Below are positions 49,663 through 59,241 of a DNA stretch of 64,000 bases, one piece after another. Position numbers and translations under genes: made by a program. Where the stretch lies: positions 2,503,587 to 2,567,586 of the forward strand of contig OY760694.1 in the NCBI GenBank assembly GCA_963663955.1. Reading direction: 5' to 3'. This stretch comes from Acidimicrobiia bacterium. GTDB lineage: Bacteria > Actinomycetota > Acidimicrobiia > Spongiisociales > Spongiisociaceae. Within the stretch, counting starts at the first letter, position 1. Every line of letters starts with the position of its first letter. The notes under the pieces are model-generated. The model saw nothing but the letters and a program-made list of their open reading frames with translations, was not told where the DNA came from and ran no database searches.

Positions 49663-50608
49663 GAGTCCCGGCCCGGTCGGATCCCGACGGATTTGGCCCG
49701 CGGTTGTGGCTGTGTTGATCTGTGCAGCGACCCCGGTTACCGCCCAACCACTATCACAACCCGACGACCTCTTGGATCGCGGCTACGGCCTCTGGGTGTC
49801 GGTTGTCGTCAACGTGGATGGCGCCTCCGGCGGTCACGCCGAGTTCGTGGCTACACGCGAAGCAGTGACGGCCATAGCCGACCATTTCGATGTCTCCCGA
49901 GCAGAAGCCTGCCGACGCATCGTCTATCCCGATTCGGAGTCGGAGAGACCATACTTCCTTAACCCACGCCTGTGGACTGAACGTACCTCGCACCAGGGGG
50001 TAGATCAATGCCGCTACACCTTCGGATATCCCGAAGGAACCGACCTCTCCTCCTTCTCTATTACCTCGACGGGGCGGATCCGCTATTCCGAGCGGTTTGA
50101 CTCTCCGAACCGGAGCACCCTGTTCGAATCGGAGCAGACAGCGGGCACGGTCTGGGATGAGGAGGTTGTCGAGTTGTTGATCAGTGAGTACGGGCTCCCT
50201 AGGCAGGGACCCTTGGAGGTGGTAAGGATTAGGTTTCCACATCGGCCCGACGGCCCCGAGTCACGCAACGCCGAGTATGCCGTGGGTAACGATCTAATCT
50301 GGCATTACAGCCCTCTCGGTACGATCATCGTAGACTCCTTGGAAGGTTCCGCCACCCCGACCACGACCGCGCCGACCACCTCAATAACCCCTACTACCAC
50401 TACAACCATACCGACAACCACAACCACAACCACCCGCCCGCTGTCTACGACCACTACCACAACACCGGTCGCTGAAGAACCGCCGCCCGAGCCGGAACCG
50501 TTTCCGTGGCTGTTGCTGCTCCTAGCCATGCTGGGCGGCTTCGCATCCGGCTGGATAGTGGGAGAAACAACATCGAAGCGCAAAGCAGAACGTGCTTCGG
50601 AGGGTTAG
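49655..50608 (+). CDS. Secreted protein with Thr/Pro-rich linker and C-terminal TM anchor (hypothetical)
   Basis: Signal peptide MRRSPGPVGSRRIWPAVVAVLICAATPVTAQP. Linker PTTTAPTTSITPTTTTTIPTTTTTTTRPLSTTTTTTP. C-terminal anchor PWLLLLLAMLGGFASGWIV. Confidence 0.45.
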   Translation: MRRSPGPVGSRRIWPAVVAVLICAATPVTAQPLSQPDDLLDRGYGLWVSVVVNVDGASGGHAEFVATREAVTAIADHFDVSRAEACRRIVYPDSESERPYFLNPRLWTERTSHQGVDQCRYTFGYPEGTDLSSFSITSTGRIRYSERFDSPNRSTLFESEQTAGTVWDEEVVELLISEYGLPRQGPLEVVRIRFPHRPDGPESRNAEYAVGNDLIWHYSPLGTIIVDSLEGSATPTTTAPTTSITPTTTTTIPTTTTTTTRPLSTTTTTTPVAEEPPPEPEPFPWLLLLLAMLGGFASGWIVGETTSKRKAERASEG

Positions 50609-50793
50609 GTCGAGAACGCATCTCCTGAATCCCGCCTGTCCGACCCATCGGTGCAAACCGAACTGCACACGGGTTCTCGGATGAATGTCAACGGATCCGT
50701 CGGCTTCTGTAGCCGCTAATCGGGCGATTCGGCGGCCTTACACCTATTAGGGTCGTTGCATTCGGACCATGTTTTCTGAGACACTTCACCTAT

Positions 50794-52011
50794 ATGTCTA
50801 TGTCGCGCAAATCCCTAGCCATCCTGACTATCTGGCTTCTCATGGCCGTTGCCTGTGGAAGCGAAGATACCGTCCCGTCTTCGACCGGCACTCCGAGCGA
50901 AGAGGGAACGGTCACGACCACAGCACCCGCCACCACCGGTGCGGGAACCAGCCCGGAACCGGATCCGGAAACCAGCACGTCGGCGGCGGATGATCCGAAC
51001 ACGGAAACGTCGGACCCGGAGCCGAACCAAACCGAGACACCCGTCTCCGAAACCACTGTCGTTGACCAGCCACCACCGCCGGACGACGCTCCGACCACCA
51101 CCATCTACTCGGGCCCGGTTTCGCCGATCACCGGCCTCCCGGTCCAGGACCCGGAGCTCCTCAACCGGAATGTTCTCGCAGTCAAAGTAGACAACCATCC
51201 GGCCGCCCGACCGCAATCGGGGATCGAGCAAGCCGAGGCCGTCTACGAGGTGATGGTCGAAGGGGGACTAACCAGGTTCATCGCATTGTTCCACCATTCA
51301 GACTCGGACTGGGTAGGACCGATGCGCTCGGCTCGACCCACCGACTGGACGCTGCTACAACCACTCAGCGGGGTCATGCTGATCAGCGGCGCCCAGCCGT
51401 GGATCACCCGACGGATAACCAACAACAACGTGCCTCTGATCGGGGACTCCGGCCCTCCGCTAACCGCCAGATGGGGACAGCGCGTAGCGCCGCACAACCT
51501 GTACGTCGACACCTACCAGGGCCGACGGGTGGTGGACGAACGCGGTATCGACCGGCCTCCGCCTCCGGCGCTATTCAAGCGAGGTCCCCTTAACAGTCCC
51601 GAAGGTGCGACCGCCGGCTACATCTTCTTCGATTGGTCATCCGTGGTGGACGTGTCATGGCTCTGGAACGGCGAGCGATACGTCAGGCTGGCCGCCGAAG
51701 AACCCCACGAGTGGCGGTCCCGTGAAGGTGAGCAGACCGACCAGATATCAGCGGATGTACTGGTAGTCCTGATGGCCGAGGGCTACACGGCTTGCCCTCA
51801 GGGGGAAGGTTCCTGCGTGCCGGCTTGGGACACGGTGGGCGAGAACCGAGCCATCGTGTTCGCGGAAGGAAGCTACGTCGAGGGTAACTGGCGCCGCGAC
51901 CGGGCCGCTGACTGGTTCGTGATCACCGACCAATCCGGTGAAGAGATCACCGTACCTGCCGGGAGACCCTGGATAATTATCTACCCCGATACGGAAGACG
52001 TGACCTGGTAA
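50794..52011 (+). CDS. DUF3048 (YerB-like) lipoprotein
   Basis: Lipobox LLMAVACGS. Thr/Pro/Glu-rich linker. LAVKVDNHPAARPQSGIEQAEAVYEVMVEGGLTRFIALFH resembles the YerB/DUF3048 core. Confidence 0.55.
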   Translation: MSMSRKSLAILTIWLLMAVACGSEDTVPSSTGTPSEEGTVTTTAPATTGAGTSPEPDPETSTSAADDPNTETSDPEPNQTETPVSETTVVDQPPPPDDAPTTTIYSGPVSPITGLPVQDPELLNRNVLAVKVDNHPAARPQSGIEQAEAVYEVMVEGGLTRFIALFHHSDSDWVGPMRSARPTDWTLLQPLSGVMLISGAQPWITRRITNNNVPLIGDSGPPLTARWGQRVAPHNLYVDTYQGRRVVDERGIDRPPPPALFKRGPLNSPEGATAGYIFFDWSSVVDVSWLWNGERYVRLAAEEPHEWRSREGEQTDQISADVLVVLMAEGYTACPQGEGSCVPAWDTVGENRAIVFAEGSYVEGNWRRDRAADWFVITDQSGEEITVPAGRPWIIIYPDTEDVTW

Positions 52012-52021
52012 AGGGGTTGAA

Positions 52022-53431
52022 GTGTCGGGACCGGTTGAATCCATCGCCAAGGAGGTCCGAGCAGGCACCCGCACCGCCCGGGAAGTTGTCAACGAGTATA
52101 TCGAGATTGCCCGCGACCGGAACCGTCACCTCAACGCCTTCATCGAACTCGACGCCGAAGGGGCGCTACGGCAGGCGGAGTTGGTCGATCGCGGGCCCCG
52201 GACCGGTCGGCTGGCGGGCGTTCCGATCGCCCTCAAGGATCTGATCGACCACGCCGGTCGCATCACCACCGCCGGTTCCGCCTTCTACCGTTTCGAACCC
52301 ACGGTCTCCGCTACGGTGGTTGACCGGTTGCGGGATGCCGGCGCCGTTATCTTGGGCCGGACCGGGCTTCATGAGTTCGCCTTCGGTTTCTCCTCCGAAA
52401 ACCCCTGGTACGGGCCGGTGAGAAACCCCTGGGACCTCGCTCTGTCACCGGGAGGCTCCTCAGGCGGTTCGGCGGCGGCGGTAGCGGCCGGAATGGTACC
52501 GGCCGCCCTAGGGACCGACACCGGCGGATCGGTCCGCGTGCCTGCCGCCCTGTGCGGGATAGTCGGACTCAAGGTAACCCACGGACGCATTCCCCTCACC
52601 GGGGTCTTCCCTCTGGCCGGCTCTCTCGACACGGTAGGTCCACTGGCCTTGACGACCGGTGACATCCGCCTGCTCTACGAGACCATGAAGGGATTCGACC
52701 GGGGAGATCCCTGGTCGGTCCCCGCAGCCCCGTCTAATCCACACGTCCCCGATGTTGGTCGCCTTCGGGTGGGGGTACCGCTCCGATGGCTCGATCGAGT
52801 GGAGACTTCCAGCGCAACGAGGAGAAGTTTCGATGCGTTTTGCGATCGGCTCAGGGATCTCGATGTCAGCGTCGATCCGGTGACACGTCCCGCCCTGGCG
52901 CCCGAACCCATCCTCTTTACCCTGGTCGGAACGGAGGCCGCCGAGGTCCATAGGAAGTGGTTCTCGGACCACACCAAGACTTACGGACCGGACGTCCGTG
53001 AACGCTTGGCTCAAGCCATGGATACCACCGCCGCCGAATACCTGGAGGCCGTTCGGTGGCGGGCCGCCATGATTCAGGCGGCGCGGGAACTGTTCGCCCG
53101 ATACGACCTGCTCCTTGTCCCAACCGTGGGGGATCCCGGAAAGAAGATCGGGGTTGACACCATCGACATCGATGGAACCCCGGCCTTCTACCGGTTGGTG
53201 CTGAGCGGTTATACCGCCTTGGTCAACGTATTGGGTTGCCCGGCGATGTCCCTGCCGGTTGCCGACGAAGGAAAGCCTCCCCCGTCGGTGCAGATCATCG
53301 GCCCATGGTGGAGTGAAGAACTTCTTCTCGGGGTGGGCGCCGCGCTGGAACGGTCGGGGCTCGTCGCTTCGGGGAAACCGCCGGTACCGTCCGGCTCGAT
53401 TGGAATACCCGAACAAGGACCGAGAGGTTAG
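52022..53431 (+). CDS. Amidase (amidase-signature family, GatA-like)
   Basis: GGSSGGSAAAVAAG amidase signature with Ser-cisSer-Lys context. GTG start. Confidence 0.8.
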   Translation: MSGPVESIAKEVRAGTRTAREVVNEYIEIARDRNRHLNAFIELDAEGALRQAELVDRGPRTGRLAGVPIALKDLIDHAGRITTAGSAFYRFEPTVSATVVDRLRDAGAVILGRTGLHEFAFGFSSENPWYGPVRNPWDLALSPGGSSGGSAAAVAAGMVPAALGTDTGGSVRVPAALCGIVGLKVTHGRIPLTGVFPLAGSLDTVGPLALTTGDIRLLYETMKGFDRGDPWSVPAAPSNPHVPDVGRLRVGVPLRWLDRVETSSATRRSFDAFCDRLRDLDVSVDPVTRPALAPEPILFTLVGTEAAEVHRKWFSDHTKTYGPDVRERLAQAMDTTAAEYLEAVRWRAAMIQAARELFARYDLLLVPTVGDPGKKIGVDTIDIDGTPAFYRLVLSGYTALVNVLGCPAMSLPVADEGKPPPSVQIIGPWWSEELLLGVGAALERSGLVASGKPPVPSGSIGIPEQGPRG

Positions 53432-53532
53432 AATCAAAGTCGCGTCCTGCCGTGTTCAGGAAGGCAGATGAGTACCTTTACACCCGTAAAACCCTCTGGT
53501 AAGAGCTTGCCCGCGTCAAGAGAGCAGTAGCC

Positions 53533-55437
53533 ATGGAAAGTGAGACCCACACCACAAACTCCAAGGGCCCACAACCTGTGACCCTGGAGTCGAACGGAAA
53601 CATTAAAACCGTCAACCAGGATCGGATGGTGATCCGCTTCGCCGGCGACTCGGGCGACGGTATGCAGTTGGCCGGTAACCGGTTTACGGATGCAGCCGCC
53701 AACTTCGGGAACGACCTGTCCACCCTCCCCACATTTCCCGCTGAGATACGGGCGCCTGCAGGCACCCTTCCCGGAGTTTCCTCCTTCCAGCTGCAGATAG
53801 CCGACTGGGACATCCTTACCCCCGGCGACCGGCCCGGGGTGCTAGTTGCCATGAACCCCGCCGCTCTAAAGGTTCACCTCAAGGATCTGCGCGAGGACGG
53901 GATCCTGATCATCAACGAAGAAGCCTTCGACGAGCGTAACCTCTATAAGGCCGGTTTCGAGAAAAACCCCCTCGACGACGACACCCTGCTCCGCTACAAC
54001 GTGCACAAGGTACCCATGGAGACCCTTACCAAGGCAGCTGTGAAGGGTTCGGGGGTGAGTGGTCGGGCGGTGCTCCGATCCAAGAACTTTCTGGCTCTGG
54101 GTCTGCTCCTGTGGATGTTCGGACGCGATACCAAGGTCACGGCCGAATGGGTGAAGAAGAAGTTCGGACGTATCGAGCCGGTCATGAACGCCAACCTCGC
54201 GGCGCTGAAAGCCGGATACAACTACGGAATAACCACCGAGAGCTTCGCTCATCAGATCGAAGTAAAGCCGGCTTCGCTCCCCCCCGGCACCTACACCAAC
54301 GTGAACGGCAACACAGCCCTCTCGTGGGGGCTGATAGCCGCATCGCAACTGTCGGGTCTTCCGCTTTTCTATGCCTCCTACCCCATCACACCGGCCTCGG
54401 AAATCCTCCACGAATTGGTGCGCCACCGTAACTTCGGCGCCAAGACCTTCCAGGCGGAAGATGAGATCGCCGCCGCCGGAGCGGCGCTCGGAGCGGCTTT
54501 TGCCGGGTGCTTGTCGATTACCGGAACCAGTGGCCCCGGCCTCTCTCTCAAGGGGGAAACGATCAGCCTGGCAATGATCGCCGAGCTGCCGCTGATCATC
54601 GTCGACGTGCAGCGCGGGGGACCTTCTACCGGCCTTCCCACCAAGCCGGAACAGTCTGACCTGTTCCTGGCCGCATGGGGACGGCACGGCGAATCGCCTC
54701 TCCCGGTGGTGGCCGCCTCATCGGCATCCGACGCCTTCGAGGTAGCAATCGAAGCCGCCCGCATTGCTGTCAAGTACATGACCCCGGTCATCCTTCTCTC
54801 CGACGGTTACATTGCTACCGGTTCTGAACCGTGGAAACTGCCGGATGTCGAAACCCTCCCCCCTATCGACGTGCCCTACGCTACCGGGCCGAACACGCAG
54901 GATCGGTTCCTGCCCTACGTGCGGGATCTGAAGACAATGGCCCGAAGCTGGGCGATACCCGGCATGCCGGGGCTGGAACACCGCATCGGGGGATTGGAGA
55001 AGGAGGAAGCCACCGGAGACGTCTCCTACGACCCCGCCAACCATCAGCTAATGACGGACATCAGGGCCTGGAAGGTAGCGAACATAGCGAACGACATTCC
55101 CGAGATCGAAGTGGATGACCCCGACGGAGCGGACCTGCTGGTGCTCAGTTGGGGATCGACCTCCGCGGCGGTGAGGGCCGGGGTGGGGAACGCTCGCAGA
55201 AACGGCGCCAAGGTCGCCTATGGCCGGATCCGGCACCTGTGTCCTTTCCCGCCCAACATGCCCACCCTGCTAAGCAGCTACGAGCATGTTCTGGTCCCCG
55301 AGTTGAACAACGGACAGCTATCCCGGCTGATCAAGGCCGAGTTCGTGAGGCCCGTCGTTTCCTACAACAAGGTGGCCGGAGTCCCGTTCACATCAGGCGA
55401 GATACACGGGAAGATAATGGAATTGGTGGCGCCATGA
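53533..55437 (+). CDS. korA: 2-oxoglutarate/2-oxoacid:ferredoxin oxidoreductase subunit alpha
   Basis: 634-aa KorA-type fused alpha/gamma subunit (FAGDSGDGMQLAG..., ITGTSGPGLSLK...). Stop overlaps korB start (ATGA). Confidence 0.85.
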   Translation: MESETHTTNSKGPQPVTLESNGNIKTVNQDRMVIRFAGDSGDGMQLAGNRFTDAAANFGNDLSTLPTFPAEIRAPAGTLPGVSSFQLQIADWDILTPGDRPGVLVAMNPAALKVHLKDLREDGILIINEEAFDERNLYKAGFEKNPLDDDTLLRYNVHKVPMETLTKAAVKGSGVSGRAVLRSKNFLALGLLLWMFGRDTKVTAEWVKKKFGRIEPVMNANLAALKAGYNYGITTESFAHQIEVKPASLPPGTYTNVNGNTALSWGLIAASQLSGLPLFYASYPITPASEILHELVRHRNFGAKTFQAEDEIAAAGAALGAAFAGCLSITGTSGPGLSLKGETISLAMIAELPLIIVDVQRGGPSTGLPTKPEQSDLFLAAWGRHGESPLPVVAASSASDAFEVAIEAARIAVKYMTPVILLSDGYIATGSEPWKLPDVETLPPIDVPYATGPNTQDRFLPYVRDLKTMARSWAIPGMPGLEHRIGGLEKEEATGDVSYDPANHQLMTDIRAWKVANIANDIPEIEVDDPDGADLLVLSWGSTSAAVRAGVGNARRNGAKVAYGRIRHLCPFPPNMPTLLSSYEHVLVPELNNGQLSRLIKAEFVRPVVSYNKVAGVPFTSGEIHGKIMELVAP

Positions 55438-56435
55438 GCTACACCCGGGTCGACTTCCAAACCGATCAGGAGGTCCGCTGGTGCCCCGGCTGCGGCGACT
55501 ACACCATACTCGCCGCGGTCCAGAACTTCTTCGCGGGGCTAGACATCAAGCGGGAAAACGTGGTGTTCGTCTCGGGAATCGGCTGCGCCGCCCGGTTCCC
55601 CTATTACATGAACACCTACGGTATGCATTCGATTCACGGTCGAGCTCCCGCCATCGCCACCGGCGTAGCTGTCGCCAACCCGGCATTGTCGGTGTGGGTG
55701 GTCGGAGGCGACGGGGATCTCCTCTCGATTGGCGGCAACCACCTGATCCATGCCTTGAGACGTAACATCGACATGACGATCCTGCTGTTCAACAACCAGA
55801 TCTATGGACTCACCAAGGGTCAATACTCTCCAACCTCCGAACCCGGGAAGACCACCAAATCCTCTCCGGCGGGGTCGATCGATTATCCGTTCAACCCGGT
55901 AAGCCTGGCGCTGGGAGCGGAAGCCACCTTCGTGGCGCGTACCCTGGATATGGACCGCAAGCACACCACCGCCATCCTCAAAGCCGCGCACGCCCATCGC
56001 GGGTCAGCGCTGATCGAGATCTACCAGAACTGCAACGTGTTCAACGACAAGGCCTTCATCCAGTTGACCGGCAAGCAGGAGCGGCACGCCAACCGGATCG
56101 ACCTAGTGCACGGCCGGCCTATCGTGTTCGGCGCTCGTAAAGAGAAAGCCTTGGTATGGAAGGGTGGACAGGCGGTAATCGTCGATCGCGCCTCTGTGAA
56201 CCCCGGAGCGATAATCGTCCACGACGCCCATGCCGAGGATTCTTCCCAGGCTTTCGCTCTTTCGAGACTGGCGCATGGTCCCTACGGTCCGACTCCGCTG
56301 GGTGTCTTCCGCGACGTGTACCGCCCGGTCTACGATGATGAGCTCCAGGAAGCGGTGGTCCGCTCCCAAACCGCACGCGGCTCGGGAGACCTCGGCAAGT
56401 TGCTCACCAGCCTGGGAACCTGGACCGTCGATTAG
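55434..56435 (+). CDS. korB: 2-oxoglutarate/2-oxoacid:ferredoxin oxidoreductase subunit beta
   Basis: TPP-binding beta subunit WCPGCGDYTIL...VVGGDGDLLSIGGNHL. True start MSYTRVDF at 55434. Confidence 0.85.
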   Translation: MSYTRVDFQTDQEVRWCPGCGDYTILAAVQNFFAGLDIKRENVVFVSGIGCAARFPYYMNTYGMHSIHGRAPAIATGVAVANPALSVWVVGGDGDLLSIGGNHLIHALRRNIDMTILLFNNQIYGLTKGQYSPTSEPGKTTKSSPAGSIDYPFNPVSLALGAEATFVARTLDMDRKHTTAILKAAHAHRGSALIEIYQNCNVFNDKAFIQLTGKQERHANRIDLVHGRPIVFGARKEKALVWKGGQAVIVDRASVNPGAIIVHDAHAEDSSQAFALSRLAHGPYGPTPLGVFRDVYRPVYDDELQEAVVRSQTARGSGDLGKLLTSLGTWTVD

Positions 56436-56492
56436 GAGGACCTGCTTGGTAACCGAGTCCTCCGGACTTCCCTCGTCTTTCGAGGCCCGAGC

Positions 56493-57152
56493 ATGAGAGG
56501 AGTGCGAGTGGATGTGCTAGACCTGATGCGAACGCAGCGGAGCGTCAAGCGCTTCAAGCCGGACCCGGTGTCCGACGATGACATCCGCACCATCCTCACT
56601 GCCGCTACCTGGGCGCCTAACGGAACCAATGCCCAACCTTGGGAGTTCATCGTCATCAGGAACCCGGATCTGAAGAAGGAGATCGCCGACATCTACCGGG
56701 AGGGTCTCCAGTTCCTACTGGATCACCCTCGGCGGCAGGGTTACCGGGAGCCCGACCCCCGCACTTTCTTCAACACGATGCTCCGCAAGTCGCAGCACCT
56801 GCGCGATCACCTCGAAGAGAGCCCGGTTCTCATCGTGGTCGCCATGAACAAGAAGAAGGACAACCTGCCGCGCTTCGGAGCTCTCAAGTCCATCCGAGCC
56901 GAGGCGACCTACACCTCGATCATGCCTTGCGTCCAGAACCTGATGCTGGCGGCTCGCAGCCTGGGCCTCGGTACCTGCCTGACGACCGCTATCACCATCC
57001 TGGAAGAAGACGCCAAGATCGCGCTCGGGATGCCGGAGGAAACCCAGATCATAGCTTTGATTCCCTTGGGGTATCCCGCCGATGACTTCAAACCGGTCAC
57101 CAGGATCCCGGCCGAGGAGTTCACGCACTGGAACGGATGGAACCGCGACTGA
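56493..57152 (+). CDS. Nitroreductase family protein
   Basis: RSVKRFKPDPVSDDDIRTILTAATWAPNGTNAQPWEFIVI. Confidence 0.75.
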   Translation: MRGVRVDVLDLMRTQRSVKRFKPDPVSDDDIRTILTAATWAPNGTNAQPWEFIVIRNPDLKKEIADIYREGLQFLLDHPRRQGYREPDPRTFFNTMLRKSQHLRDHLEESPVLIVVAMNKKKDNLPRFGALKSIRAEATYTSIMPCVQNLMLAARSLGLGTCLTTAITILEEDAKIALGMPEETQIIALIPLGYPADDFKPVTRIPAEEFTHWNGWNRD

Positions 57153-57189
57153 GGATCGAGTAGATCGACCTCGCCCAAGCGGTTACGGG

Positions 57190-58359
57190 CTACCCATCTG
57201 CGGCAGAAAAATCCGCGTCGTCAATCCGTAACCACCGAAATGCGGAAAACACCCATACCAGTGACATGACCACCACCAGGCTGAGGGCGAACAACCAAGG
57301 CGCCGGCGCCCACAGCGCAGCAACAACCACGACTCCTGACGCTGACATCATCAAGCGCACCATCGGCTTATAAATGGTCGGAAATCGGTTGTGGTCGATC
57401 AGAGTCCTGATCTTGAAAACAAGGGCCCACAGCCCGATGGCCATCGACCCGGAGAGGAGCCACGCCGTGGCCGTGGGGGTACGGGCATCAGCCGCGTGCT
57501 CTATCAGGCTCACCATGGCGGCGCCGGCCGCGGCGATCGACAAGGTAACCGGAAGATGGAGAAAGGTCCATCTCGTCCGGATCCGGGCCGTATCGATCGG
57601 TAGTCGTTGGCCCACAAAATCGAAGTATGTCCACCAGTACGCAAAACCGACACACAAGCCGACCACCCCTGTCATGATCGAGCGAACGTTGTCCTCAGCC
57701 TCGGACAGCCCATCGACAACACCGACCACCACCTCACCGAGAACGATGATGACGAACAGGCCGAACCGCTCGACCATGGAATGGGTTACGGTGACCCCCG
57801 ACTCCATGGCTTCGAAGCGGGAGAGGCTTAAGCCGAAGCCGACCGACGTCACGATGAGCAGCGCCCAGACGATAACCCGGAACTCGCCGGGGACGGCGAT
57901 GCTGATCGCCATCAACCCGATGGCTACCAGCATCGCGGTGAGGTAACGACGGGTTGCCTCCATGTATTCCTCTGCGTCCTGGCGTCGCACCGTGTACCAG
58001 AGCCATGACAAAACAGCCAGGTGCAGGATGTATACAATGGCGAACTGCGTTCCCGAGCCTCCTGCCGCGTCGCCGGTTAACACCGCCAGAAGGGTGAGGA
58101 GAATCATCTGGATGAACACGTACACGCGGGTACGCCCATCCTCACGCCCGTGAAACTCGTAGTAAAGGGTTCCGTTGATCCACGCGATCCAGATAAGAGC
58201 GAAGATCACGACGAACTCCCCGGCGCTTCGCCATGTGATCTCCTTTGCCAGGGTATGGGCAGCCTGGGCGATCACCACCACATAGACGAGGTCATAGAAC
58301 AGTTCGAGAAATGAGACCGACCGATCCTCGATGATTTCACCGTGAGCGCGTGGAGGCAT
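57190..58359 (-). CDS. Low-temperature-requirement LtrA-like membrane protein
   Basis: SFLELFYDLVYVVVIAQ near the N-terminus, polytopic. Start placed at an internal Met; the ORF is open to 58491. Confidence 0.55.
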   Translation of the reverse strand: MPPRAHGEIIEDRSVSFLELFYDLVYVVVIAQAAHTLAKEITWRSAGEFVVIFALIWIAWINGTLYYEFHGREDGRTRVYVFIQMILLTLLAVLTGDAAGGSGTQFAIVYILHLAVLSWLWYTVRRQDAEEYMEATRRYLTAMLVAIGLMAISIAVPGEFRVIVWALLIVTSVGFGLSLSRFEAMESGVTVTHSMVERFGLFVIIVLGEVVVGVVDGLSEAEDNVRSIMTGVVGLCVGFAYWWTYFDFVGQRLPIDTARIRTRWTFLHLPVTLSIAAAGAAMVSLIEHAADARTPTATAWLLSGSMAIGLWALVFKIRTLIDHNRFPTIYKPMVRLMMSASGVVVVAALWAPAPWLFALSLVVVMSLVWVFSAFRWLRIDDADFSAADG

Positions 58360-58664
58360 CCAGAAGCGGCGACGGAACTCAGCGAATATCGAATCAGTCA
58401 AAATATCACCTCCCGCTTCCAACGCCGGGGTGGGCTGGGAGATGGATCGGACCCTGGGCCAGCCCCTTGACGGCGAACGAAATCGACCCATCAGGACGTT
58501 ACCAAATGCAGCACGCTAGTACCCGTTCAAAGGGGTCGCGCCCTGTACCCAGCGCCTCGACCACGGGGGTTGCCGGACTGCGAACTCCGCCTGTATCACG
58601 TTTCAGTACCCTCCGCCATCAGAAGTATGATTTGTTCCAGTCCGGATGGAAAGGCGAATCGGTT

Positions 58665-59180
58665 GTGACACCCAAGCTGTGGTTGATCGGGATGATGAGT
58701 TCGGGTAAGACCAAAGTAGGCAGGAAGGTCTCCCGACTCAGCGGCCATCCTCTCGCTGACACCGACGACGAAATCGTGGAGCGAGCGGGGATGAGCATTC
58801 CTGATATTTTCGCTACTCGGGGCGAGCCGGCTTTCCGAACCATGGAGTCCGAAGAGGTGGCGCGCATCGCCGACGGACCCCATCAAATGGTGGTCGCTAC
58901 CGGGGGAGGCGTGATACTCGATGAAACCAATCGCCGACTGATGCGTGAGTCAGGACTGGTGGTCTTGCTGAAACCTTCCCTCGGTGCCCTTATCGCTCGG
59001 GGTAAGACCCGTAACCGTCCCCTCCTTCAGGGTCATGCTGACCTAGGAGCGCGCTACACCGAGATCTGGGAAGCTCGCAAACACCTCTACCGGGAAGCTA
59101 GCCACGCCGACGTTCCAACGGATGGTAAGCCTAGGAGCCTGATCGCCAAGGAGGTTTGGGAACTATGGCGATCGTCCTGA
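58665..59180 (+). CDS. aroK: Shikimate kinase
   Basis: P-loop LIGMMSSGKT, DTDDEI, VVATGGGV. GTG start inferred; a TTG at 58632 is also possible. Confidence 0.7.
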   Translation: MTPKLWLIGMMSSGKTKVGRKVSRLSGHPLADTDDEIVERAGMSIPDIFATRGEPAFRTMESEEVARIADGPHQMVVATGGGVILDETNRRLMRESGLVVLLKPSLGALIARGKTRNRPLLQGHADLGARYTEIWEARKHLYREASHADVPTDGKPRSLIAKEVWELWRSS

Positions 59181-59241
59181 GCCCCGGATCCACCAATCCC
59201 CGATTCTCACCCCTTTGGCCCCGGATGCTTATGGATCGGGG

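Noticed and set aside
55149-55433. Upstream extension of korB (ORF 55149..56435)
   Set aside because: It overlaps the korA C-terminus. The conserved KorB N-terminus MSYTRVDF...WCPGCGDY begins at 55434.
56435-56463. Stem-loop GGAGGAC-N15-GTCCTCC after korB, considered as a terminator
   Set aside because: The 15-nt loop is long and there is no U-tract. The next gene follows within 60 nt on the same strand, so read-through co-transcription is equally plausible. Not called.
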